NCBI GenBank assembly: GCA_965261605.1
Contig: OZ253466.1
Span: forward strand, 2,208,819-2,272,818
Source of the DNA: Dehalococcoidia bacterium
GTDB lineage: Bacteria; Chloroflexota; Dehalococcoidia; Lucifugimonadales; UBA2985
Length of the DNA: 64,000 nt
Direction of reading: 5' to 3'
Shown here one piece after another: positions 38,689-48,076 of this stretch (its first letter is position 1; every line of letters begins with the position of its first letter). The notes beneath the pieces are model-generated. The model made no database searches and was not told where the DNA came from. It saw only the letters and a list, made by a program, of their open reading frames with translations. Position numbers and translations under genes: made by a program.

Positions 38689-39285
38689 TTATCTGATTAG
38701 CCTAACCATTTCCATAAAGCCCTGAGTCAACTCTACACGCTCATCTGCTGCGGACCACAGTTCCTGAGCATAGTTTGAATCCTCTCTCCTATCCTTGGTG
38801 GGTCCGTGAAAAAGGCTAACTACAACTCCTTCCTGTTTCGCTATCTCAACTGCAGATATGAAATCGCTATCCCCGGCTACCAGTGCCGCGTGCGTAATTT
38901 GGCGCTTACCGCTGAGTAGAGCAAAATCAAGGCCGAGTAGCAGGTCGGTACGCTTCTGCTGGAATATAGGCTCGCCTTGGTTGTCGCGCCCGCGAAACGC
39001 TAACCTGCCCTCCCTGACTAGAAACTTGTCAAGCCGGGTTAGCGCTCCAAAAAAGCTGCGTTTACTGGCGAACTGCTTTTCTTCGAAAGCAGTGGGAGGC
39101 GAGCTTTGGTATGGCAGGCAGTTATAGTAATATGTCCGTAGCAGATCCAGAGGCTCTTTGGTATTACTTGAGATGACATTGACTATCTCATTCACAAACT
39201 TTTGGTAGTCAACCCACACTGAGAACTCGGTGGACGCTAGTTTGTCGACGTATCCGCCGTCAATAAATATTGCTAAACGAGCCAA
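38689..39285 (-). CDS. NYN-domain (LabA/PIN-like) protein
   Basis: The sequence reads LAIFIDGGYVDK...LVAGDSDFISAVEIAKQEGVVV. It is an AT-richer gene upstream of the 16S. Confidence 0.7.
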   Translation of the reverse strand: MARLAIFIDGGYVDKLASTEFSVWVDYQKFVNEIVNVISSNTKEPLDLLRTYYYNCLPYQSSPPTAFEEKQFASKRSFFGALTRLDKFLVREGRLAFRGRDNQGEPIFQQKRTDLLLGLDFALLSGKRQITHAALVAGDSDFISAVEIAKQEGVVVSLFHGPTKDRREDSNYAQELWSAADERVELTQGFMEMVRLIR

Positions 39286-39807
39286 AGCAACACCTAGCCC
39301 TGTTCAGTAGAAACACAATATAACTAAAAGAGGGGCCAGGAAAGTCTCCTTCCCTGGCCCCACATTACTCACCTGACATGCTCTCTCTCCCAGAGCCTCT
39401 CCTTACCTAACAGCCTATAGCCCTAAGTGGCTGGCCTTACTGGTTGGATAGGGAGCTTTTGGAGTGGAGTGGACGCCAGGGGGCATTCCAATAATCTTTA
39501 TAGCAATGTTCTATAGAGGTGTCAATATTGGGTAGTCGCTCTGTCTTGTCTCTGTAATATGTAATCTTTAAAACAGGTACCATGTTCGGTCGAATGGAGA
39601 AATCAGCGCTCACAACCTTGTCCGGGTAAATCGCCGAGCGGTCAAATAGGCCTTCGGCCGGCTTGACTTTTGAAGTCCATCCTCTTAAATTCTCTCAATA
39701 CGTGATTTCCATCCCAAATTGTATTCAAGGTCTTGCGGGATTGTGTTATCATATAGTGTAGCTTCCCCTGTAGGGGAAGTTGTATTATGTCACTGTCGGG
39801 AGAGGAC

Positions 39808-39880
39808 GCCCGAGTGGCGCAAGGGCAGCGCAACCGATTTGTAATCGGTAGGTTAGTGGGTTCGAATCCCCTCTCGGGCT
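39808..39880 (+). tRNA. tRNA-Thr (anticodon UGU), CCA not encoded
   Basis: Perfect acceptor (GCCCGAG/CTCGGGC), D (GCGC/GCGC) and anticodon (ACCGA/TCGGT, loop TTTGTAA) stems. The T-stem has one mismatch and the variable region is 6 nt, so this needs tRNAscan confirmation. Confidence 0.7.
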
Positions 39881-39962
39881 GAAAAAGGCCCCGAGAAGAG
39901 GCTAAATACAAAGGAAAAGACTTGGCGGGTTCTTTCGAGAGGTGATAAACTAAGGCACATCC

Positions 39963-40050
39963 GGAGGGGTGGGTGAGCGGTTAATACCACCAGACTGTAA
40001 ATCTGGCGCCCGGAAGGGCTTCGTAGGTTCGAATCCTACCCCCTCCACCA
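39963..40050 (+). tRNA. tRNA-Tyr (anticodon GUA), long variable arm, CCA encoded
   Basis: The sequence reads GGAGGGG...CCAGA-CTGTAAA-TCTGG...GTAGGTTCGAATCCTAC-CCCCTCC-A-CCA. Confidence 0.9.
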
Positions 40051-40079
40051 GAGAGAAATGGAACAGAAAACAGGATTCT

Positions 40080-40155
40080 GCCCACATAGCTCAGTTGGTA
40101 GAGCACGTTCTTGGTAAGAACGAGGTCATCGGTTCAAATCCGATTGTGGGCTCCA
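40080..40155 (+). tRNA. tRNA-Thr (anticodon GGU), CCA encoded
   Basis: The sequence reads GCCCACATAGCTCAGTTGGTAGAGCA-CGTTC-TTGGTAA-GAACG-AGGTC-ATCGGTTCAAATCCGAT-TGTGGGC-T-CCA. Confidence 0.92.
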
Positions 40156-40192
40156 TATAGAGTAAACTTGCAAAACTTTAGGAGGTAAAGAT

Positions 40193-41389
40193 TTGGCTAA
40201 GAGGAGATTTGAGAGGAACAAGCCCCACCTGAACGTAGGCACCATTGGTCACGTCGACCACGGCAAGACCACTCTTACTTCGGCTATCACTATGGTGTTG
40301 AGCAAGCACACGGGCAGCCAGTACCGGGCTTTCGACACCATCGACAACGCTCCGGAGGAGAAGGCCAGGGGTCTGACTATCGCTATCCAGCACGTGGAGT
40401 ACGAGACGGATAACCGTCACTACGCCCATGTGGACTGCCCCGGTCACGCCGACTACATCAAGAACATGATCACCGGCGCCGCCCAGATGGACGGAGCCAT
40501 CCTGGTTGTGAGCGCCCCGGACGGACCCATGCCCCAGACCCGCGAGCACATTCTGCTGGCTCGCCAGGTGCAGGTGCCCAGCATCGTGGTGGCGCTGAAC
40601 AAGGTGGACGCTATGGACGACCCCGAGTTGCTGGACCTGGTGGAGTTGGAGCTGAGGGAGTTGCTCAGCGCCTACGACTTCCCCGGGGAAGACATCCCCA
40701 TAGTGCGGGTGAGCGCACTCAAGGCCCTGGAGGACGAGGGCGCCCCCGACTCTGAGTGGACTCATAATATCCTGGAGTTGATGCAGGCAGTGGACGACTA
40801 CATTCCCATGCCGGAGCGTCCGCGTGACATGCCATTCCTCCTGCCGGTTGAGGACGTGTTTGGAATCAAGGGCAGGGGAACTGTCGTGACCGGTCGAGTG
40901 GAGAGAGGGATGGTAAAGACCGGCGACGAAGTGGAGATAGTTGGCATCACTGATACCAAGAAGACGGTGGTAACCGGTGTAGAGATGTTCCATAAGACGC
41001 TGGACGAGGGCGAGCCTGGGGACGCCGTAGGCTGCCTGCTGCGAGGCGTAGAGCGTGACGATATCGAGAGAGGCCAAGTGTTGGCAAAGGTCGGCTCTAT
41101 CAGGCCGCATAACGCCGCTGAGGCGGAAGTGTACGTTCTGAGCAAGGAGGAGGGAGGTCGGCATACGCCCTTCTTCAACGGCTACAAGCCCCAGTTCTAC
41201 ATTCGTACCACAGACATAACTGGCGAGATCTCTCTTCCTGAGGGAGTGGAGATGATAATGCCCGGGGACAACGTCAAGATGGGCATAAAGCTGATCAACC
41301 CGGTAGCTCTCGAAGAGGGGCTGCGCTTCGCTATCAGAGAGGGCGGCCGGACTGTGGGAGCGGGCGTTATCACAAAGGTGGAGGCATAA
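40193..41389 (+). CDS. tuf: translation elongation factor Tu
   Basis: Motifs [23 protein letters not shown] and NKVD, at full length. It has a TTG start after an AGGAGG SD. Confidence 0.98.
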   Translation: MAKRRFERNKPHLNVGTIGHVDHGKTTLTSAITMVLSKHTGSQYRAFDTIDNAPEEKARGLTIAIQHVEYETDNRHYAHVDCPGHADYIKNMITGAAQMDGAILVVSAPDGPMPQTREHILLARQVQVPSIVVALNKVDAMDDPELLDLVELELRELLSAYDFPGEDIPIVRVSALKALEDEGAPDSEWTHNILELMQAVDDYIPMPERPRDMPFLLPVEDVFGIKGRGTVVTGRVERGMVKTGDEVEIVGITDTKKTVVTGVEMFHKTLDEGEPGDAVGCLLRGVERDDIERGQVLAKVGSIRPHNAAEAEVYVLSKEEGGRHTPFFNGYKPQFYIRTTDITGEISLPEGVEMIMPGDNVKMGIKLINPVALEEGLRFAIREGGRTVGAGVITKVEA

Positions 41390-41390
41390 A

Positions 41391-41561
41391 ATGGCAAGGA
41401 AGAGGGGAGAGGTACGCCCGATTATAACCCTGGCTTGCGGCGATTGCCGCGAGCGCAACTATACAACGGTTAAGAACCAGCGCAGCGACCCGCAGCGCAT
41501 GGAGCTTTCCAAGTACTGCCCGCGCTGTCGACAGCACAGGGCGCATCGAGAGATAAGGTAG
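41391..41561 (+). CDS. rpmG: 50S ribosomal protein L33
   Basis: A 56-aa ORF missed by the ORF track (under 60 aa): [56 protein letters not shown]. It lies in the canonical position between tuf and secE. Confidence 0.88.
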   Translation: MARKRGEVRPIITLACGDCRERNYTTVKNQRSDPQRMELSKYCPRCRQHRAHREIR

Positions 41562-41567
41562 AAAAGC

Positions 41568-41807
41568 GTGGCTAGTTCATCGCCATTGAGAAGGGCCCTA
41601 CGGCCCCAGGGCGCTGACCGTGGGCGGCGAGTTCCCGGTTTCCAGATTTTCCGCGAGACCGTCTCCGAGCTCAGGAAAGTTGTGTGGCCCACAAGGGAGC
41701 AGACCACCCGTCTCACCATCTTGGTGATAGTAATATCCGCCTTTGTGGGAGTTCTGCTTGGCGCTGTTGACTTGGGCTTTGGACGGCTCTTTGCATTCTT
41801 GACATGA
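41568..41807 (+). CDS. secE: preprotein translocase subunit SecE
   Basis: The sequence reads FRETVSELRKVVWPTREQTTRLTILVIVISAFVGVLLGAVD, with a single TM segment, at the position upstream of nusG. Confidence 0.82.
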   Translation: MASSSPLRRALRPQGADRGRRVPGFQIFRETVSELRKVVWPTREQTTRLTILVIVISAFVGVLLGAVDLGFGRLFAFLT

Positions 41808-41825
41808 GGACAAAAACTCAATTGG

Positions 41826-42395
41826 TTGATATCTATGAGCACTACTAGCGAACAGGAAGCGCGTTGGTACATCATTCACACCTACTCCGGTCAGGAGGAG
41901 AGGGTGAAGAAGAACCTGGAACTGCGCGTTACCACAATGGATGTGAAGGACAGAATCTTCCAGGTGGTTGTTCCCACGGAGGAGGAGATTGAGATACGGG
42001 AGGGGAGGAGGAGGTCCGTCCGACGCAAGGTGTTCCCCGGCTACATCCTGGTCCAGATGACCATGGACGACAACAGTTGGCATGTGGTGAGGAACACCCC
42101 CGGAGTCACAGGCTTTGTATCGGCTGAGGACGAGCAGGAGCGAAGGCCCAAGCCTGTGCCCTTGGAGGAAAACGAGGTCGAGAAGATACTAAGCCAGATG
42201 GAATCCGAGGCTCCAAGGGTGAAGGTGGGCTTTACGCTGGGCCAAAGCGCACGAATTACCGACGGCCCATTTACAGACTTTATCGGTGTTGTGGACCAGG
42301 TGATGGCAGACAGGGGCAAGGTGAGGATACTGGTCTCCTTCTTCGGTAGGGAAACGCCCGTGGAGTTGGACTTCCTTCAGGTGGAGAAGCTCTAG
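41826..42395 (+). CDS. nusG: transcription termination/antitermination factor NusG
   Basis: NGN domain ([20 protein letters not shown]) and KOW domain ([18 protein letters not shown]). An alternative ATG start lies at 41835. Confidence 0.93.
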   Translation: MISMSTTSEQEARWYIIHTYSGQEERVKKNLELRVTTMDVKDRIFQVVVPTEEEIEIREGRRRSVRRKVFPGYILVQMTMDDNSWHVVRNTPGVTGFVSAEDEQERRPKPVPLEENEVEKILSQMESEAPRVKVGFTLGQSARITDGPFTDFIGVVDQVMADRGKVRILVSFFGRETPVELDFLQVEKL

Positions 42396-42403
42396 GAGGA
42401 ACT

Positions 42404-42829
42404 TTGGCTAAGAAAGTTCGCGCTATTGTCAAACTTCAGATCGCCGCAGGCAAGGCAACGCCCGCGCCCCCGGTGGGTCCGGCTCTGGGCCAGCACGGCG
42501 TGAATATCATGGCCTTTGTGAAGGAGTACAATGAGCAGACCTCCACTCGGGAGGGCACCATTGTTCCTGTGCACATTACTATATACGAGGACAGGTCTTT
42601 CACATTTGTAACCAAAACTCCACCGGCGTCCGACCTCATACGGAGGGCCGCGGGTGTGGAGAAGGGAAGCGCAGCCGCCAACCGACAGACCATCGGCGCC
42701 ATTTCAAGGGACGCGGTGCGCGAGATTGCACAGATAAAGCTGGCGGACCTCAATGCACCGGATATAGAGGCGGCGGTGAAGGTGATAGAGGGGACGGCGC
42801 GGAGCATGGGTGTCCAGATAGCAGAGTAA
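42404..42829 (+). CDS. rplK: 50S ribosomal protein L11
   Basis: The sequence reads [34 protein letters not shown]. It has a TTG start after AGGAGGA. Confidence 0.96.
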   Translation: MAKKVRAIVKLQIAAGKATPAPPVGPALGQHGVNIMAFVKEYNEQTSTREGTIVPVHITIYEDRSFTFVTKTPPASDLIRRAAGVEKGSAAANRQTIGAISRDAVREIAQIKLADLNAPDIEAAVKVIEGTARSMGVQIAE

Positions 42830-42842
42830 GGATGCATAACAC

Positions 42843-43553
42843 ATGGTAAAGCGCGGAAAGCAATATACGGAAGCCGCAAAGGCGGTTGAGAAGGACAGAC
42901 TGTACTCACCAGGAGAGGCCGTGGATATAGCCAAGCAGACGGCCAGGGCAAAATTTGATGAGACGGTTGAGTTACACCTGCGCACCAACTCGGACCCGCG
43001 TCACGCGGACCAACTGGTGAGGGGCGTTGCCCTGCTGCCTCACGGCCTTGGCCGGGAGATCAGAGTACTGGTCTTCGCCGTCGGCGAGGCCGCAGCTGCG
43101 GCCAGGCGGGCCGGCGCAGACTACGTTGGCGACGACGACCTAGTGCAGAGAATTGAGGAGGGCTGGCTGGAGTTCGACGTGGCTATGGCTACCCCGGACG
43201 TGATGGGGCGTATAAGCCGTCTGGGACGCGTCCTTGGTCGTCGGGGGCTGATGCCGAATCCCAGGGCCGGGACAGTGGTTCAGCCCCAGGATTTCGCCAG
43301 AGCTATCGAAGAGGCCAAGATGGGCCGTGTGGAGTTTCGCCTGGACCGCACTGCAATAATTCACGTGCCTCTGGGCAAGGTGAGCTTCGATAACGAAAAG
43401 CTGTTGGATAACTTCAATGCCTTGGTGGACACGGTGGTGAAGGCAAGGCCGTCGGCCGTTAAGGGGCAGTTCATACGCACTGCCTACCTAACCACTACTA
43501 TGGGCCCCAGCATCAAGCTGGATGTTCCTCGAATGATGGCGGTGAGGACGTAG
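42843..43553 (+). CDS. rplA: 50S ribosomal protein L1
   Basis: The sequence reads [24 protein letters not shown]...[18 protein letters not shown]. Confidence 0.96.
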   Translation: MVKRGKQYTEAAKAVEKDRLYSPGEAVDIAKQTARAKFDETVELHLRTNSDPRHADQLVRGVALLPHGLGREIRVLVFAVGEAAAAARRAGADYVGDDDLVQRIEEGWLEFDVAMATPDVMGRISRLGRVLGRRGLMPNPRAGTVVQPQDFARAIEEAKMGRVEFRLDRTAIIHVPLGKVSFDNEKLLDNFNALVDTVVKARPSAVKGQFIRTAYLTTTMGPSIKLDVPRMMAVRT

Positions 43554-43729
43554 TATTAAGAGGACGCAATAAATTCAGACTGCATTGCCGCAGAAAGCGG
43601 GTGGCCACAGGCCTTAATTGATGAACATTCCCGCCGAGGCAGAAAACCAAGTGACCAGAACGCGCTGAAAGTGTGTTTGGCTGCCCGGCTTTCTGGCTCG
43701 GGGAGCCAAAACTATTTTGAGGGAGCATA
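43554..43729 (+). promoter_or_regulatory. rplJ 5' leader (possible L10/L12 autoregulatory leader)
   Basis: A 176-nt untranslated gap lies exactly where bacterial L10 leaders occur. I did not fold the structure. Confidence 0.3.
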
Positions 43730-44467
43730 GTGCCTACTGCTAGAAAAGAAGCTCAAGTTGAAGAGATAAAGGACAAGCTGAGCCGGTGCACCATAGCCAT
43801 TGCCACGGGGTACCAGGGTTTGAGCGGCTCTGCTATGACGGAGCTAAGGAAGCGACTGCGAGAGCAGGGTATAGAGTACAGGGTTGTCAAGAATACCCTG
43901 ACTCTACTGGCGGCCCAGGAGTTGGGCAAGGAGGGAATTGGCGATGTGATGCAGGGCCCAACCGGCTTGGCTTTCGGGTATGGAGATGAGGCCGCCGTAG
44001 CCAAGGGCCTCAATACCTACATCACCTCCACAAGGTCGCCGCTGGTGATTAACGGGGCGGTGATGGGCAGAGGTGTTATAAGCGGCGATCAGGTCAGGAA
44101 CCTGGCCACGCTGCCCCCCAGAGAGGAACTGCTGGCCAGACTTCTGGGGCAGATGCAAGCGCCGGTGACTGGACTGGTCTATGTGCTCAGCGCCCCTCTC
44201 AGGGGCTTGGTTACCGTCCTGCAACGCGCTGCTGAAAGCGGCGGTGGATCCCAGGGCGGGACTGCGGTTATGGACGAGCCGGCTGAGCAAGCCGAGACCC
44301 CTCCGCCAGACGATCCTGTTGAAGTAGCAGAGGATAGCGCGCCCGCGGAAGTCCAGGCCGAGGTCGATGAGGAATCGGCTCCGACGGCGGAGGCCGAAGT
44401 TGTCGCAGATGAAGAAGAGTCGCCGCCTACTGAGGAAGAGGAGGCTGAGGCCGAAGCAGCCCCTTAG
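43730..44467 (+). CDS. rplJ: 50S ribosomal protein L10 with an acidic C-terminal extension of about 70 aa
   Basis: The L10 core runs through the L12-binding helix (LLARLLGQMQAPVTGLVYVLSAPLRGLVTVL). An E/A/P/D-rich tail then follows. It has a GTG start. Confidence 0.9.
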   Translation: MPTARKEAQVEEIKDKLSRCTIAIATGYQGLSGSAMTELRKRLREQGIEYRVVKNTLTLLAAQELGKEGIGDVMQGPTGLAFGYGDEAAVAKGLNTYITSTRSPLVINGAVMGRGVISGDQVRNLATLPPREELLARLLGQMQAPVTGLVYVLSAPLRGLVTVLQRAAESGGGSQGGTAVMDEPAEQAETPPPDDPVEVAEDSAPAEVQAEVDEESAPTAEAEVVADEEESPPTEEEEAEAEAAP

Positions 44468-44516
44468 CTGAGGCGGACACAGTCGGTAGTTTGTCAAATC
44501 AAGAAGGAGAGGGAAA

Positions 44517-44900
44517 ATGACAAAGGATGAGGTACTTGAGGCCGTAAAGGGTATGTCCGTGCTGGAGTTGGCGGACTTGGTTAAGCTCTTTGAAGAGGAG
44601 TTCGGGGTCAGCGCCGCGGCGCCTATGGCAATGATGGTTGGACCGGCAGCCGGAGCTGCAGAGGCAGCGCCCGCAGATGAGGAGGAGAAGACGGAGTTTG
44701 ACGTTATCATCAAGGAGATCGGCCCCAACAAGATCAACGTTATTAAGGGCGTCCGCGAGGTGACTACCCTGGGTCTGAAGGAGGCCAAGGACCTGGTGGA
44801 GGGCGCTCCGCAAGCCGTAAAGGAGGGGATCTCCAAGGAAGACGCGGAGCAGGTGAAGGAGAAGCTGGAGGCCGCCGGAGCCGTCGTAGCCGTACAATAG
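44517..44900 (+). CDS. rplL: 50S ribosomal protein L7/L12
   Basis: The sequence reads [17 protein letters not shown]...[27 protein letters not shown]...EKLEAAGA. Confidence 0.96.
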   Translation: MTKDEVLEAVKGMSVLELADLVKLFEEEFGVSAAAPMAMMVGPAAGAAEAAPADEEEKTEFDVIIKEIGPNKINVIKGVREVTTLGLKEAKDLVEGAPQAVKEGISKEDAEQVKEKLEAAGAVVAVQ

Positions 44901-44975
44901 CTCTGGAGATCCGGACCTCTCCGCCGCGGTGTCCTTAACGGGTGGTGAGGCATTCCTGCGCCGCATGGTAAAGCT

Positions 44976-45206
44976 ATGAGCCGTAGAAAAGACAAGGAAA
45001 GATTCCAGGCGATGAAACGCCTGGACCCCGACTACCAGGGCTTTCGCGGGCAAGAACAGGAGCCCAGCGAGGGCAACGTACCCCTCGAACGGGCCACCTG
45101 CACCGTGTGCGGACGCACGCGCAACGTGGCCCGCGGAGTGGCCCTGGAGCAGGGGGATAGCTTCGTCTGCTCCAACTGCCTTGAGGAACAGAAGGCGGAG
45201 ACCTAG
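44976..45206 (+). CDS. small zinc-ribbon protein, function unknown
   Basis: 76 aa with CTVCG...CSNC pairs. It sits where rpoB would normally follow rplL. Confidence 0.4.
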   Translation: MSRRKDKERFQAMKRLDPDYQGFRGQEQEPSEGNVPLERATCTVCGRTRNVARGVALEQGDSFVCSNCLEEQKAET

Positions 45207-45258
45207 GGCTTTTACTAATTCGATGTGCCCCCCAACACGCAGGCCGTGGTTTGTGTAA

Positions 45259-45972
45259 ATGACCGAAGGCAAGGAGTCGCCGGAATACCGGATTATGATA
45301 CGAGACCTCCCCCAGGAGGAGAGGCCTCGCGAGCGACTGAGAAACTATGGCCCCTCGTCGTTGAGCAACGCGGAGCTGTTGGCAATCATTCTTCGCACGG
45401 GCACCCAGTCCGAGAACGTCCTGAACCTCAGCACGAGGCTGATTTCCCAGTTTGGCGGACTGTCCGGGCTGGCGCGGGCCAGCTACGACGAGTTGCGCAG
45501 TGTCCACGGATTCGGCGACGCCAAGACGGCTCAGGTCAAGGCGGCCTTTGAGTTGGGTATGCGCGCCCTTTCCCTTCACGAGAACGACCGGCCAACTGTC
45601 CACTCTCCCCAGGACGTAGCCAATCTCCTTCAGGGGGAGATGGCGTTCCTGGAGCAGGAGCACCTGCGGGTTGTGCTGCTCAACACCAGGAATCGTATTC
45701 AGTCCATCCACGAGGTGTACAAGGGCAACGTGAACTCCGCAGTGATACGCGCCGGCGAGATATTCAGAGAGGCGGTCCGCTCCAACGCCCCGGCTGTCAT
45801 TCTGGCGCATAACCATCCCTCAGGCGACCCTGCACCCAGCGATGAGGATGTACAGATTACCAGGCAGATCATAGATGCGGGCAAGCTGCTGGACATTGAA
45901 GTCCTGGACCACGTGGTGCTGGCGCAGAGGGGGTTTGTGAGCCTGAAGGAGAGGAAGCTGGGGTTTGACTAG
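45259..45972 (+). CDS. radC: RadC-family (JAB/MPN) protein
   Basis: The sequence reads [25 protein letters not shown]...[17 protein letters not shown]. Confidence 0.87.
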   Translation: MTEGKESPEYRIMIRDLPQEERPRERLRNYGPSSLSNAELLAIILRTGTQSENVLNLSTRLISQFGGLSGLARASYDELRSVHGFGDAKTAQVKAAFELGMRALSLHENDRPTVHSPQDVANLLQGEMAFLEQEHLRVVLLNTRNRIQSIHEVYKGNVNSAVIRAGEIFREAVRSNAPAVILAHNHPSGDPAPSDEDVQITRQIIDAGKLLDIEVLDHVVLAQRGFVSLKERKLGFD

Positions 45973-46013
45973 CGAGGTTGAAGTGATGAAGAGACCTACC
46001 CGGAGAACCGCCA

Positions 46014-46802
46014 ATGCCTGAGAAGCCCTGCGCCAGGTGCAACACCCCTAACCAGGACAACGCCAGCTTCTGCCATCAGTGCGGGTGGCGGGCCTTCGGA
46101 GAGGTAACGACAGGAGAGGGCACCGATGTTCCCGTAGCTACCAAGGCCTGCCCGATGTGCGGCAACCGGAATCCGGAGAGCGCCGGCTTCTGCCCACAGT
46201 GTGGGAATCAACTCGCGGAAGACGGTCCTGAGCAGCAGGGCGGGGGCTACCCCTACATAACGGGGACTGCGCCTGCCAACGCTCTCCTCATCGGTTCCAC
46301 CCGTCTCATTGTCCTGTCCATAATATCGTTGGGGCTATACTTCTACTACTGGGCATATCTTACCTGGAAGCAGCTCCAGCCGGAGACGCAGGATGTCCAC
46401 TACCCGGTTTGGCACGCACTGTCCCTCCTTGTGCCTGTGTACGGTTTCTTCCGCATACACAAGCACGTCAGAGTCATTCGCGACCTTGCCGCGAAGTCTG
46501 GAGTTGAGACGTCTCTCAGCCCGGACCTGGCTTTTGTGCTGATGATGCTCTACACCATCTTGGTGTTTGCCCCATTGGCCTTGGTGGGCTCAGGCTCTAT
46601 GCTTCTGCTGTTTATCAATGCTATTAGCCTTACCATGGCCATTACCATCATAGTCTGGGCCCAGGCCCCGCTCAACCGCTACTGGGGAAACTCCCGCAGT
46701 AGTACTCCCACGTCCGTTCCGGTAGATCTATGGGAGATAGGCGTAGTGCTGCTGGGTATCATCGGCACGGTGGTGGTCAATCTACTGCCGGCGCCCGCCT
46801 GA
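46014..46802 (+). CDS. double zinc-ribbon plus DUF4234-like membrane protein
   Basis: The N-terminus carries CARCN...CHQCG and CPMCG...CPQCG. It is followed by TM helices with a YFYYWAYLTWKQL motif. Confidence 0.55.
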   Translation: MPEKPCARCNTPNQDNASFCHQCGWRAFGEVTTGEGTDVPVATKACPMCGNRNPESAGFCPQCGNQLAEDGPEQQGGGYPYITGTAPANALLIGSTRLIVLSIISLGLYFYYWAYLTWKQLQPETQDVHYPVWHALSLLVPVYGFFRIHKHVRVIRDLAAKSGVETSLSPDLAFVLMMLYTILVFAPLALVGSGSMLLLFINAISLTMAITIIVWAQAPLNRYWGNSRSSTPTSVPVDLWEIGVVLLGIIGTVVVNLLPAPA

Positions 46803-46804
46803 GA

Positions 46805-47611
46805 TCACCATCGCGACCATCGCCAGGGGATTCGCCGCACGTTCGGCAAAGCGCGCCTCCGGGTGATCGCAAGATAGAGCGTCATAACCAGGAACCCGGC
46901 TATGAAGCCGCCTATGTGGGCCCAAAAGGCCACGCCGCCAGTGTTGGAGGCGGTCGTTACCAGTGATCCGAGTCCCGGAAGTACGTTCTGGATGAAGAAC
47001 CAGAACCCAAGCAGGAACAGCGCCGGCACCCGTATCACGAACATGAGGCCAAAGAACAAAATCGTGGTAATCCGGTTGTAGGGGTACATGATGATGTATG
47101 CGCCAAGTATCCCGGCGACGGCTCCGCTAGCTCCTATCAAAGGTATCCGGCTGTCCGGGTCGATGTAAACTTGGGTCAATGCGGCTGCTACACCGCACGC
47201 CAGGTAAAAGACCAGGTACTTTATGTGGCCCAGGCCGTCCTCAATGTTGGCCCCGAAGACCCACAGGTAGACCATGTTTCCGGCGAAATGCATGAACCCC
47301 CCGTGAATGAACATGGAGCTGAGCACCGTGACCCACACCTCGTTGTGAGCCTCCAGTTCCAGGATGGTCCCCTGGCACACTGCGCCCAGTGGAGTGGAGA
47401 TGATTCGTCCTTCGCATACCTGCCCGAACTCGCTCAGACCTTCGGAGAGCTTGGCCGGAATCAACCCCCAGTTGTAGAAGAACTGGGTGGTCTGAAAGCC
47501 GCCCAAGAAGAGCAGCTCGTAGAGGAATACGGCGGCATTGAGCGCTATGAGTGCCAGGGTCACATAGGGGCTGATACGGCGTTGTACGTCCGGGTCTGTC
47601 AGTGGGATCAT
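46805..47611 (-). CDS. rhomboid-family intramembrane serine protease
   Basis: HGGFMHFAGNMVYLWVFG and the catalytic GASGAVAGILGAY, plus AHIGGFIAG. Confidence 0.87.
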   Translation of the reverse strand: MIPLTDPDVQRRISPYVTLALIALNAAVFLYELLFLGGFQTTQFFYNWGLIPAKLSEGLSEFGQVCEGRIISTPLGAVCQGTILELEAHNEVWVTVLSSMFIHGGFMHFAGNMVYLWVFGANIEDGLGHIKYLVFYLACGVAAALTQVYIDPDSRIPLIGASGAVAGILGAYIIMYPYNRITTILFFGLMFVIRVPALFLLGFWFFIQNVLPGLGSLVTTASNTGGVAFWAHIGGFIAGFLVMTLYLAITRRRALPNVRRIPWRWSRW

Positions 47612-47827
47612 ATTGAGGCGCTTCCTGAGCGTTCCGGGACCTGAGCGGTATTGAGGCTCATGGGGATTCCCGGTATACCCCGAAGGCCGAAGTTCTCACC
47701 GGGACTGTACCACAATGATAACATCCTGGCGCCGATAGAGAAACGAGCATCCATGAGGCGCAAGCGGCAGCCTCAAGCCCACGTAACCGACGTCACACTG
47801 AGGAATGCCACGCTATCAGAGATACTA

Positions 47828-47856
47828 TTGACAAGAGTATGTGATAGATTTAGCAT
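47828..47856 (+). promoter_or_regulatory. candidate sigma70 promoter (TTGACA, 17 nt, TAGCAT)
   Basis: A perfect -35 with 17-nt spacing lies in the rhomboid/treT-like intergenic region. Confidence 0.35.
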
Positions 47857-47924
47857 TTCAATCGAAGTGACACTCTCCAACGTTGCAACGGACCGGCTGG
47901 AGGGAGAATCCCTGTACAAACGGT

Positions 47925-47958
47925 AGGCCCAGACCTCCGCGGGGCTGGGCCTATTTAT
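47925..47958 (+). terminator. hairpin with a short T-rich tail about 70 nt downstream of the candidate promoter
   Basis: Stem AGGCCCAG / CTGGGCCT with a 12-nt loop, followed by ATTTAT. Confidence 0.35.
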
Positions 47959-48076
47959 GCGCGACTCGGAGGTGACGTACGACACGACAGACGGACCTTA
48001 AAAAGCACGTTTCTCTCTTAGCCCTCTTGGGTATCCCGAAGCGCTTCCCGCTGTCCGATATTAGAGAGGCGACAGG

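Noticed and set aside
39642-39911. An 89-aa minus-strand ORF.
   Set aside because: It overlaps tRNA-Thr(UGU) and AT-rich intergenic sequence.
40178-41458. A 426-aa minus-strand ORF.
   Set aside because: It is exactly antisense to tuf, which is unmistakable. Long antisense ORFs are expected in GC-rich coding DNA.
43904-45816. Minus-strand ORFs of 363, 257 and 280 aa.
   Set aside because: They are antisense to rplJ, rplL, the Zn-ribbon ORF and radC. Their composition is low-complexity and rich in Arg, Pro and Ser.
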